Source: Promethearchaeia archaeon
GTDB taxonomy: Archaea; Asgardarchaeota; Lokiarchaeia; Sigyniarchaeales; SOKP01
Assembly (NCBI GenBank): GCA_046483985.1
Contig: JAWOCD010000099.1
Location: 32,001 to 96,000 of the forward strand
DNA length: 64,000 bases
Direction: 5' to 3'
The notes beneath the pieces are model-generated. The model did no database searches. It saw only the letters and a list, made by a program, of their open reading frames with translations, and was not told the DNA's origin. The translations under genes and the position numbers were made by a program. Below, in pieces: positions 38,560 through 47,681 of this stretch (positions are counted from its first letter, which is position 1; every line of letters starts with the position of its first letter).

Positions 38560-41500
38560 ATGAGTAATGAAGAAAACCGGGAATCCAAAAAACAAGAAAA
38601 AGAAAAGAAGGATCAAAGCCAAAAATCTACTGAGAATGATAAGGGGACCTCGGCTGAGGCATACAATTATGTAGAGCATGCACTGTCATTGTTGGATTCT
38701 GGATATTATGATGATGCAATTGAAGCTTTGAAATCGGCTAAGGAGTTGTACTCACAGATCTCCAGAGAAGAAGAAATTTCCATGGTTAAACAGAAGATCT
38801 CCGATATTTACTTAATGAAGGAAGAAGCACTTGGTGAAGAACAAGCAGCAACAGAATCGGAGGGAGAAAAGGAGAAAAAAGATTTAAGTGAGGAAAAAGA
38901 ATTTGAAGAAAAAAAAGAGAAAGAATCAAAAGAACAACAAAAAGTAGAATATTCCCGAAAAGATAAAGAAATAATACTCAATGAAGCCTATGAGTTTTTA
39001 GATAGAGGGGAAAAATTAGCTAACACAGAGTATTTTGAGGATGCAATAAAAAATTTCAGGAAAGCAAAAAATTTATTTAAAAAAATTGGGAAAAGAACAG
39101 AAGAAACTAATGTAGAGGATAAAATCAATGCAATTTTAGCTGAAAAAGAGGAGAAGTTAGAAAAAAAAGAAGAGAAACAAAAGCTGGAAGAAGAGAAAAA
39201 GAAACACGCAGAGAAGCAATTAAAAGCTCGAATGAAAAAAGCAAAGCAACAAGAAGTGAAAAAAAAAGAAGAAAGATTTAAGAAAATCCAAGAATATGAA
39301 ACAAAAAAGATTGAAGAAAAACGGTTTAGAAAGGAAATAGACCGATTAATTGATAAAGCCGAGAAATTAGCACGAGAATATGAAGTTCAAATTAGAAAAG
39401 GAAACTTCAAGCAAGAATGTATTTATCCACAAATCATTAACATTTATACGGAAGTTAGAAAAAAATTATTTAAAAGAGGATGGGATAAGGAAGCAAGCAT
39501 GTATACCAACCAAATTAAAAAGTATAAGGATAAATTAGAAAAAGACAAAAAACTTAGAGAATTAGAGGAAGAAAAGAAGCAAAAAGATAAAAAATTTGAA
39601 GAATATTATAAATCTAGGGGAAAACCTTCTAAAAAAACTGAAGCAAAGGCGATTAAGGAGAAAAAACAGGATAAAAGACTCAGTGATAAGCGATTTGAGG
39701 AAAAAATTTCCAATATGGTTGATAAGGCCGAAAATCTGGCAGGTGCCTACGAACGGAATATTCGTAGAGGAAAATTTGAGGAACAATGTGTTTACCCGCA
39801 AGTAATTGATATTTACAAAGAAGTCAGAAAAAGATTGTTCGAACAAGGGTGGGATAAAGAGGCCCAAATATATACGAACCAAATTAAAATTTACAAGGAG
39901 AAATTAGAAAAGGACAAAAAGTTACGGAAATTAGAGGAAGAGAAAAAGAAGAAGGATAAAAAATATGAAAAATATTTTAAGAGTAAGAAAGGGAAAAAAG
40001 AAAAGAAAGCAGCTAAACAAAAAGGGACCAAAAAAACCTCCGAGAATGAGCGTGGAGATAAAGCTTTTGATCTCATTAATAAAGCAGAAAATGCTGTAAA
40101 GAATTATGAACTAAAGCTGAAAAAAAATATTTTATTACATGACCCACCATATGAAGAAGCCATAGAATTATACAGAAAAGCTCAAGATATTTTTAAGGAG
40201 ATCGGGTGGAAAGAGGAGGCTACACGATTAAACGATACTATCAATCATTATAAACAAAAACAAGCAAAAGACGAAAAACTGAGGGAGAAGGAACGTAAAG
40301 GATTAAAAAAAGAGCAAAAGAAAGAATTAGAGGAAGGGAAAAAAGATAAAAAAGCCCAAAAAGAAAAGAGCGAGAAAGAAGAGATCCCTGAAAAGATTCT
40401 GAACAGCATAAATGAAGCAGAGAAAATTGCCAAAGAATACGAAAAACAGATTAAAAGAAATAAGGCAATATTACAGATTGAATGCCCTTATGAAAAGGTC
40501 ATTAGGATATACCGGACGGCAAAAAAACGTTTCAATAAGCTGGGCTGGGACGAAGAGGCTCAGAAGTTGATCCGCTCCATTAATTTCTATAAAAAAAAGT
40601 TACAAAAGGATAAAAAGCTCAGAGAATTCGAAAGACAGAAAAAACAAAAAGAGAAACGATTTGAAGAAAGGCTAAAGGCAATAAAAAAACCTGACGGTAT
40701 CGCACAAGAACTGAAAAGGGAAAAATTAAAGGATGATAAAAAGGAAGGAAAAGTAAAAGCAGATGAGATTTTTGAGAAAATTAATAAATCTGAGCGAAAA
40801 GGAAAAAAATATGAGCGAGAAATAAAAGGAGGACAGATCCTTGACCATAAATCCCCATATGAAGACATTATCCAGACTTATAGGAGGGCAAGAAAAGAAT
40901 TAAAAGATATTGGATGGAACGAAGAGGCTCAGAAATTACTCAGTTCCATCAACTACTATAAAAAAAAATTCCAACAAGATCAAAAACTGAGGGAATTTGA
41001 AAGGAAGAAGGAAAATCGGAAAAAAGAATTTGAGAAAATGGCGAGAACTAAGCCTAAATCACCCAATTTAGAGAAGAGAAAGGAAAGATTGGCCAAAGAA
41101 CAGAAAAAGACCAGAGAATCAGATATTCAAAGGGAAAAAGCGTTCAAACTAATGGATAAAGGAAAATTAGAGTTCAAAAAGAACAATTTTGATAAAGCAA
41201 TTAGACATTATAAAGAGAGTGAAGAGATTTTCGAAGAGATTGGATGGGAAAAAGGAAAAACAATGATTAACCAATCAATAGCTGTAATTAAACGAAAAAG
41301 GAAAGCACTGAGCCAAAAACAGCAAAAATTGAAAGAAAAAGAAAAGGAAAAAAAAGAGTTGGAAAAAAAATTAGAAGAACGAATAGCTGGACTAAGAGAA
41401 AAGAATGAAATAGAGAGGAAACAAAAAAGGGACAAATTTGTTCAAGACCAAAAAGAAAAAAAGGAGGAAAGTGCACTCACAGAAAAAGCCTATGGCCTTC

Positions 41501-42549
41501 TGGAACAAGGTACAAAATTGGCTCAAAAGAAAAAGTTTGATGAGGCGCTTGAAAAATATAAGAATGCCCGGGAGATTTTCAGTAATTTAGGATGGAGCCA
41601 CGAGATTAGTAGAATTAACAACGAACTTTTGTACAAATTGAAAAAAAAGGTGAGGGAAGCCAAAAAGCGGGAAGATTTCAAGAAAAAACAAGAGGAAAAA
41701 GAGAAAGCATTAAAAACCCTCTTAGATAAAGCAGAAAAAAAGCGAAAAAAGAAAAAAGAGCAAACTAAAAAAGAAAAAAGAGAAAGACTCCACCGATTAT
41801 CTGGCGGTGAACGCAAGAAAGAAAAATTATTAAGAAAAAGTAACCAAGCAGAAGATCTCATTGAACAAGGACAGGTGAATGAAGCAATCTTACTACTTAA
41901 AAATATCCAAAAAATAAGCAAAAAGACGGAATTAATAGCTGAATTTCCAGATATAAGCAAAAAAGTCTCCAAATTAAAGGAAAATACAAATATCCCCATT
42001 ATCACAGATTCAGCGGAAGAGGCAGATTTAAAAGATGATAACTTCCAATCGGCTTATAGAGCGTTAGATAAGGCGAATCAGGCGATTGAAGAGGGTCACC
42101 TTATGAAAGCAGTTTCAGAACTAAATGAAGCAAAATTCAATTTACAGTCTCTTCCCGGCCAAGCGAATTCTTTATCATTAGTCGAGGAGAAAATCGAAGA
42201 ATGGAAAGACCAATTAAGATCTGGGAAATCTCTTCAAAAGACTAAAAAAGAATCAGCTCAGAGCAATAAAAAAGATTTAGAGCCGACCAGCGATCTAGCC
42301 TACGAGTACATGGATAAAAGCAACAAGGAAAAGCGAAAGAATAACTATAAGAAGGCAATCGAATTAGCCAACAAAGCACTGGAAGTTTTTGAGACTTTGG
42401 GAGCTGAATGGGCAAGAGAAAAGGCGATGGTCAATAAACACATCGTACAATTAGAACAAAGTCAAGAAAAACGGCAAGAATTGTTCACATCTGCACGGAA
42501 AGAACAAGAAGAAAAAGCACGAGGACAAAAAAAGCAGAAAAAAGATTAA
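38560..42549 (+). CDS. Giant Lys/Glu-rich helical repeat protein (TPR/MIT-like modules separated by charged helices)
   Basis: Five copies of KAE...YE...Y...I..Y...GW..EA...I..YK.K..KD.KLR plus about six A(Y/F)..(L/M)D/E TPR-like pairs. Confidence 0.85.
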   Translation: MSNEENRESKKQEKEKKDQSQKSTENDKGTSAEAYNYVEHALSLLDSGYYDDAIEALKSAKELYSQISREEEISMVKQKISDIYLMKEEALGEEQAATESEGEKEKKDLSEEKEFEEKKEKESKEQQKVEYSRKDKEIILNEAYEFLDRGEKLANTEYFEDAIKNFRKAKNLFKKIGKRTEETNVEDKINAILAEKEEKLEKKEEKQKLEEEKKKHAEKQLKARMKKAKQQEVKKKEERFKKIQEYETKKIEEKRFRKEIDRLIDKAEKLAREYEVQIRKGNFKQECIYPQIINIYTEVRKKLFKRGWDKEASMYTNQIKKYKDKLEKDKKLRELEEEKKQKDKKFEEYYKSRGKPSKKTEAKAIKEKKQDKRLSDKRFEEKISNMVDKAENLAGAYERNIRRGKFEEQCVYPQVIDIYKEVRKRLFEQGWDKEAQIYTNQIKIYKEKLEKDKKLRKLEEEKKKKDKKYEKYFKSKKGKKEKKAAKQKGTKKTSENERGDKAFDLINKAENAVKNYELKLKKNILLHDPPYEEAIELYRKAQDIFKEIGWKEEATRLNDTINHYKQKQAKDEKLREKERKGLKKEQKKELEEGKKDKKAQKEKSEKEEIPEKILNSINEAEKIAKEYEKQIKRNKAILQIECPYEKVIRIYRTAKKRFNKLGWDEEAQKLIRSINFYKKKLQKDKKLREFERQKKQKEKRFEERLKAIKKPDGIAQELKREKLKDDKKEGKVKADEIFEKINKSERKGKKYEREIKGGQILDHKSPYEDIIQTYRRARKELKDIGWNEEAQKLLSSINYYKKKFQQDQKLREFERKKENRKKEFEKMARTKPKSPNLEKRKERLAKEQKKTRESDIQREKAFKLMDKGKLEFKKNNFDKAIRHYKESEEIFEEIGWEKGKTMINQSIAVIKRKRKALSQKQQKLKEKEKEKKELEKKLEERIAGLREKNEIERKQKRDKFVQDQKEKKEESALTEKAYGLLEQGTKLAQKKKFDEALEKYKNAREIFSNLGWSHEISRINNELLYKLKKKVREAKKREDFKKKQEEKEKALKTLLDKAEKKRKKKKEQTKKEKRERLHRLSGGERKKEKLLRKSNQAEDLIEQGQVNEAILLLKNIQKISKKTELIAEFPDISKKVSKLKENTNIPIITDSAEEADLKDDNFQSAYRALDKANQAIEEGHLMKAVSELNEAKFNLQSLPGQANSLSLVEEKIEEWKDQLRSGKSLQKTKKESAQSNKKDLEPTSDLAYEYMDKSNKEKRKNNYKKAIELANKALEVFETLGAEWAREKAMVNKHIVQLEQSQEKRQELFTSARKEQEEKARGQKKQKKD

Positions 42550-42676
42550 CAAATAGGCGTGGAAACAACATAGATCAGATCGTCGAAAAAAGTTTAAAAC
42601 CGTATGAAGAAAAAAAAGAAAAAGAAAATAAAACAAATTAAATTCTCTCCCATTATTTATTCTTTTCCCAATTATA

Positions 42677-42922
42677 TTACACTAACAACTCATCTTCTAT
42701 TTTTCCACTAATTGCGGTTTCTACCTTATCTGTTCCGTCAGAATTATATTTTTCCTTTAATGTTTCATCAATCATATATTCTGTTTTAATCAGATCTCTA
42801 ATCGCTACCCTAATTGCTTCACTTCGATTGGGAAAGCGGGATTGAGTAACTAATGTTTCTAATATATTCAAATACGACTCGGGAAGGTTAAGGGAAATCA
42901 ATTTCAATATTATGTTCACCAA
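42677..42922 (-). CDS. Ribbon-helix-helix (CopG/Arc/MetJ) regulator
   Basis: ISLNLPESYL..LE.LV...FPNRSEAIRVAIRDLI. Confidence 0.88.
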   Translation of the reverse strand: MVNIILKLISLNLPESYLNILETLVTQSRFPNRSEAIRVAIRDLIKTEYMIDETLKEKYNSDGTDKVETAISGKIEDELLV

Positions 42923-42964
42923 TTATTTTATTTTTAACTTATTTATTAAATAATATATCTACGT

Positions 42965-42991
42965 GATATTTAAGATATTTAAGATATTTAA
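42965..42991. promoter_or_regulatory. (GATATTTAA)x3 tandem repeat upstream of the RHH gene
   Basis: Three perfect 9-mers; each reads TTAAATA (TATA-like) on the gene strand. Confidence 0.5.
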
Positions 42992-43115
42992 GCATTTAGT
43001 AGAAATGGACCCTCAGAAACGCGACAAAATTATGAGCGTTAAAATATGCTTTAAAAAAGAAATTCTGGCTGTGGTGTCACTGCTCGTCGTCAACGCTCAC
43101 TTTCCATAAGCCTCA

Positions 43116-43143
43116 TTTAATTTTCACTGAAGTGAAAATTAAA
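43116..43143. repeat. Perfect 13-bp inverted repeat with 2-nt spacer
   Basis: TTTAATTTTCACT-GA-AGTGAAAATTAAA. Confidence 0.7.
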
Positions 43144-43191
43144 ATTAAATCCTTTTTAATTCTTTATGTTCAATATATAGGATGCTATCCT

Positions 43192-43235
43192 ACGGTCCAT
43201 CTTTCACTAAAATTTTTTGAAAGATCTCATTCCAT
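43192..43235 (-). promoter_or_regulatory. Eukaryote-like (Asgard-type) SECIS element candidate
   Basis: AUGG-AAU-GA-G-AUCUUUCA-[AAAAAUUUUAG]-UGAAAGAU-G-GA-CCGU: kink-turn with AUGA/GA core, 8-bp stem, A-rich loop; 16 nt after the TAA of the UGA-read-through ORF. Confidence 0.7.
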
Positions 43236-43251
43236 TTTTTATTTCTTTATT

Positions 43252-43710
43252 TTATTTTCTCCTTTCCAAGTCGAAATAGTGGGCAAATGTTTCATTTGTT
43301 TTCCCATATTTTTTTAAAATAATCCGTTTAAAAGTTCCAAATCCCAATCGTTTTTCCATGACAGTAGATCATCAATCTGCATCTATTAAAATGTTAATTT
43401 TAGAATTTGGAATTAAATTTACTCTCACATCGTCTTTTATAGGCATAAATTCTCTATTGGGTCCATAGGCATCTATTCCAACATCATCATATATTTTATC
43501 TTTCTGTGGGTTCCAAATTAATTGAAGATAACTATGGATTTTACCTTTATAGAGTGGAAAACAAGATTCTTCTGGATGGTCAAACACATATTTATCGATT
43601 TCTGATAAAGCTTGTAAAATATGGGCATCATCACCGAGGTCAATAGTGAAGGTTTTCCCAGAAGTTAAATTCTCCAAGGGAATGCTGATCTCAAATGTTA
43701 GTTGTTTCAT
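43252..43710 (-). CDS. Candidate selenoprotein, 152 aa, beta-grasp/ubiquitin-like fold, with in-frame UGA-UGA (DAD-U-U-STVM); 112 aa if UGA is a stop
   Basis: ORF track 43372-43710 ends at TGA TGA; the same frame continues STVMEKRLGFGTFKRIILKKYGKTNETFAHYFDLERRK to TAA at 43252-43254; SECIS-like hairpin follows. Confidence 0.65.
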
Positions 43711-44139
43711 TTTTAATATAAATTGAATCCTTTTTTATTGTGGGAATTTATTCTTATGTTAGGCGTTTCTATTTTATATACATTTTTATCAAATTTAAGT
43801 TTATCGATTTGAATTCATCAATTTCGATTTGGATGGACTTAAGGACGCGAAGACAAGTAATGAACTTCCTTACGGAAAAAATTAATTCATCCCAAATATA
43901 CAAAACTCATGCAAGCCCCCAAAGTGAGCTCTCCTATAACTCGGTCTCTCTCGAGACGGAGGTTTTTCATATCTTTGACTGGGAAGTTATTGCATAGGAT
44001 ACCACTCTGTAACGTACCTTAGATGGATAATACTATTTTAGAATGGTACCATAGACCAAAGATATATAATATATGTCCATATATTATACACAAATATATA
44101 ATTTTTCATTTATAAAATTGAAATTGTTGATAGTAGAAA

Positions 44140-44463
44140 ATGGCTGATATAGAAGAACAACTAGCAGAGCATTTGGAAACAGCAAAGGATTGGGAAAAGA
44201 TGGAAACTCCTATACCCGGCGTATTTGTCGTAAAAGTGCCCGCAACAAAAACAAGACCTGCATTACTTTTCTTGGAAATTAACCCGCTTAAGGAAAATGG
44301 GCGACCAATGAAACGGAAGGGACTTTTTGTTAAAAATAAAGAGATGCTCATAAAGTTTACAGAGGCTTTAACCGATGATAAGGTTTTTAAGCTCATCCAA
44401 AATTTAGATAGTGTCAACCCCAATACGAATAAAGGAAGCAAAAGAAAGAAATTGGAAATGTAA
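44140..44463 (+). CDS. Conserved archaeal hypothetical protein (possibly PC4-like nucleic-acid binding)
   Basis: DWEKMETPIPGVFVVKVP...LEINP...G.PMKRKGL. Confidence 0.7.
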   Translation: MADIEEQLAEHLETAKDWEKMETPIPGVFVVKVPATKTRPALLFLEINPLKENGRPMKRKGLFVKNKEMLIKFTEALTDDKVFKLIQNLDSVNPNTNKGSKRKKLEM

Positions 44464-44530
44464 TTGTATCTGCTTTTCTCAATCTTATTATTTTGTGTCT
44501 AAAACGCGTATGGGATTCAGTGAGATATGA

Positions 44531-44608
44531 AACCTATCAACCTGTGTCACTTTGTGGATGTATTGCGGCAGAAGAAAGAATGGATTTACGGATTGCGAAT
44601 ACAGATGT
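44531..44608 (+). repeat. Ectopic 78-bp copy of an internal tes segment (6437-6514)
   Basis: 74/78 identical, ungapped. Confidence 0.9.
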
Positions 44609-44629
44609 AGGAGCTCTTTCTTAAGGAGA

Positions 44630-44755
44630 TTATCCCCGTTCAAAGGGTTCCTTAAACTTCTTGTTATAAAAATGGTTCAAATAGCCGTGTTTAACTTTTT
44701 AGAGAACGAAGGACTATTATTTTTATCTTCTTACTAAAATATAACCCTTACTCAA
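44630..44755. repeat. Dispersed repeat of about 125 bp, copy 2
   Basis: Matches 25470-25603 with one 9-nt indel. Confidence 0.8.
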
Positions 44756-44909
44756 GATGATACATCCTAAATAAAAGCAAATCTTTTATTTGGAAAAAAT
44801 TAATTTTATTTAAGAAAATTATATTATTAAAACTAATAACATAAAAAAGATAATAATTATTATATAATAAAATTAGGAATTAAGTAATAAGTTTTTAAAT
44901 GGTGATATT

Positions 44910-45194
44910 GTGTCAGATATTGAAGAAGATGGAGATCATTGCATAGTGTGTGGCTGCACAGATTTTAGAGGTGTTAATGATGAGTGGATGAGTCGTACTT
45001 TCCGATTTGTCGAAAATGGACAGCTGAAAATGTGCGAAGAGTGTGGTGCAAAGTTTTTGGTATGCAAAAGTTGTGGAGGATTATTTACTCGAGTTCATCC
45101 TGCATTAGAAGCATGGGAAGTAAATCAAGAGTGTCCAAAATGTGGATATGTTGATGAAGACGTAAAAGCATGGGACGGCGTGTCTGCTCGTTAA
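44910..45194 (+). CDS. Small zinc-finger protein with four CxxC motifs
   Basis: CIVC, CEEC, CKSC, CPKC; GGTGA RBS. Confidence 0.8.
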   Translation: MSDIEEDGDHCIVCGCTDFRGVNDEWMSRTFRFVENGQLKMCEECGAKFLVCKSCGGLFTRVHPALEAWEVNQECPKCGYVDEDVKAWDGVSAR

Positions 45195-45381
45195 AGAATA
45201 GTCTTTTTAGCACATATACTATGCAGAATTACAAATTTTCTTTTCTTACCTTTTTATCGAAAGAATGAAATGTATTTAAAACAAAACCAATCTATTCTAA
45301 TAAGATCGTAAGAGATTGGAATAAATTTTAATGAAAATAGAGATTAATATTATTCAATATATAAAGAAAAGTTGATGAGAA

Positions 45382-45885
45382 ATGGCAGATGTTAAAATTG
45401 AAGTTGCAACTCCAGATGATATAGAAGATTTAGAAGATTTAACCAGAAAATTAGTAGAGGGGTTAGGGCAAGAATTTATCCCAAAACGGTTTGATTGGGG
45501 AATTCGGAGGCGTTTGTTCGATCCGCTGCAAAGGCACGGGATCTTAGTTGCGAGAGAGCAAGAATCTCAGGAAGCAGTTGGAATGATTATTGCAGAGCTC
45601 AGAATCGATCCTTACGGGGCATCAGAAGGTTACATTAAGCAAGTCTTCCTCAAGAAACCATATCGAGGGAAAGGATTAGGCAAAAAACTGATACAGAATG
45701 CAATTGATCATCTCAAAAAAATCAACGTGGAAAAGATTAAGGTAAACGTGAAGGAAGAGGCCCAAAAAGCGATGAATCTTTACGGGAAAATGGATTTCAA
45801 AAAAGTATATGAAGTTTTAGAATTAAAATTAACCGAAAACGAATCGGAACAAGAAGAAAAGAAAGAAAAAAAGCAAAAAATATAG
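45382..45885 (+). CDS. GNAT family acetyltransferase
   Basis: YRGKGLGKKL motif A; A.NLY.K..F. Confidence 0.88.
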   Translation: MADVKIEVATPDDIEDLEDLTRKLVEGLGQEFIPKRFDWGIRRRLFDPLQRHGILVAREQESQEAVGMIIAELRIDPYGASEGYIKQVFLKKPYRGKGLGKKLIQNAIDHLKKINVEKIKVNVKEEAQKAMNLYGKMDFKKVYEVLELKLTENESEQEEKKEKKQKI

Positions 45886-45889
45886 ATAG

Positions 45890-46520
45890 AGTTTTAAGCA
45901 GTTATTTCTTCTATAAATCAACACAAAGCCCATAGAAAAAAACGCATAATCCCACAAGGGCAACGAGAGGAAAGATTTTATTAGGGGGACTAAATAAAAA
46001 CTTATTCTTTGGTTCAAAAATCGTTCGATCCCCGACAAAACCCTAAAATGCTTATGGTTAATCTCCTAATAATATAAGGGGGCAAGTTTATCCTCATTCT
46101 TCACTTGAAACACAAATCGAAAGATGATAATGGTCCAAATGAGGATGAAAATTACCAGAGCAGAAAAGGGCAATCCAAAAATATTCCTAAGAATAAATAA
46201 AATGACTAAAATTATCGAAATGATCAAGAGGAGTGTTCTTCTTGACCATTCTTCTTGATAAATGATCATAATCGCTACAAAAAATATGAAGGAAATTCCC
46301 CCGAATATTATAGTGGCTGCCATTAGATATTTTCTATTGTAATGGAATTATTTCAATGGGAAAGGGGTCCAAACAACGTAAATAGCCAGAGAAGGCTCTA
46401 TAGCTTTTTCTCTTGCTGAGTTGTTGATCGGTACTTAAAAAACAGAATCACAAAGGCAAACCCCGAAATTGCCAGCAATATATCTGTGATCGCTGGAACG
46501 GGTTCCTATCAACTACATAT
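45890..46520 (-). pseudogene. Degraded membrane-protein gene (includes ORF 46066-46323)
   Basis: Hydrophobic coding-like frames (EPVPAITDILLAISGFAFVILFFKY... / ATIIFGGISF... / ...FYLVPLIK) broken by several stops and frameshifts. Confidence 0.45.
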
Positions 46521-46694
46521 TTATCTGTTAATTTAATTGTTTTTATACTTAGATGAATAATAGAATATAAGCCATATAAATTTATTAGAAATGGTTGATT
46601 TAACAATATGAAGTGTAAAGAGTCCGCAGAATTATCCCATTCTTTACATACTGGATTTTATTAGATGAAAAATTAATAGGAGTTTGATAATACT

Positions 46695-47681
46695 ATGAGT
46701 AAAACGATTGAAGTCCCGTGGGTGGAGAAGTATCGCCCAAAAGCGTTCGATGACATTGTCAGTCAAAATATCGCCATAAATAATTTAAAACAATTCGTAA
46801 AAAGCGAGGATATGCCTCATATGATATTTTCTGGACCCGCTGGAACGGGAAAAACCAGTACTGCGTTGATCATCGCCGAATATTTATTAAAAGGAGAGGA
46901 TTATCATCGAAATGTCTTGGAACTTAATGCCTCTGACACTGTACGAATGGACTTTGTACGGAGCGCTCTTAAAGATTTTGTAAATCAGAATATGATCATC
47001 GGAAATGAGAACATGAAATTAGTGATCATGGATGAGGCAGACAATATCCCAAAACAAGTACAACAAGCATTACGCCGGATTATTGAAAAAGCCCCCACTA
47101 ATATCAAATTTATCTTGATGTGTAATTATATTAATAAAATAATCGATCCCATCATTTCTCGGTGCGCTGTATTTCGATTTGTACCATTGCCAGAAGAAAA
47201 AATTGTCAAGAGATTGAAATTCATCGCAGAACAAGAAGGTTTGAAAATCCCAGAAGAACAAGCCGAAAGATTTTATAAAACGCTATATTTTATATCCGCT
47301 GGAGACTTACGGAAAGCTATCAATACCTTACAAATGGCGGTGGCACTGGATTTATTAAAAGATCTCAACATTAATGAAATGTTAAGAGTGTCGGGCTTTC
47401 TGGATGAAGATGTGTTAAGTAATTTGATTGACCACCTGAAAGAAGAGAATTTTCAGCAGACAAAAGAGATTTTTGATGAGATTCGTGCAATTGACAGCCG
47501 AAACTTGCTCCGGCAGATGGTGGAGCGATTATCATCTGATTTTGATCTTAAGGTGAGTCAGAAAAACAAATTAACCGCCTATATAGGAGATATCGATTTC
47601 CGTATAAGCCAAGGGGGTGACGAAAGAATCCAGATTACTGCTTTATTATCTGAAATAATTCAATGTATTAAACAAAGTTGA
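46695..47681 (+). CDS. rfcS: Replication factor C small subunit
   Basis: PWVEKYRP, GPAGTGKT, ELNASD, DEAD, SRC, GDLRKAIN. Confidence 0.93.
   Translation: MSKTIEVPWVEKYRPKAFDDIVSQNIAINNLKQFVKSEDMPHMIFSGPAGTGKTSTALIIAEYLLKGEDYHRNVLELNASDTVRMDFVRSALKDFVNQNMIIGNENMKLVIMDEADNIPKQVQQALRRIIEKAPTNIKFILMCNYINKIIDPIISRCAVFRFVPLPEEKIVKRLKFIAEQEGLKIPEEQAERFYKTLYFISAGDLRKAINTLQMAVALDLLKDLNINEMLRVSGFLDEDVLSNLIDHLKEENFQQTKEIFDEIRAIDSRNLLRQMVERLSSDFDLKVSQKNKLTAYIGDIDFRISQGGDERIQITALLSEIIQCIKQS

Noticed and set aside
43740-43997. 85-aa ORF / moderately GC-rich spacer
   Set aside because: No RBS or recognisable motif; may be a decayed fragment, but I cannot support a call.
44531-44608. DGR template/variable repeat pair with tes 6437-6514
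   Set aside because: Mismatches are not restricted to adenines on either strand, the target is mid-gene, and there is no reverse transcriptase in the window.
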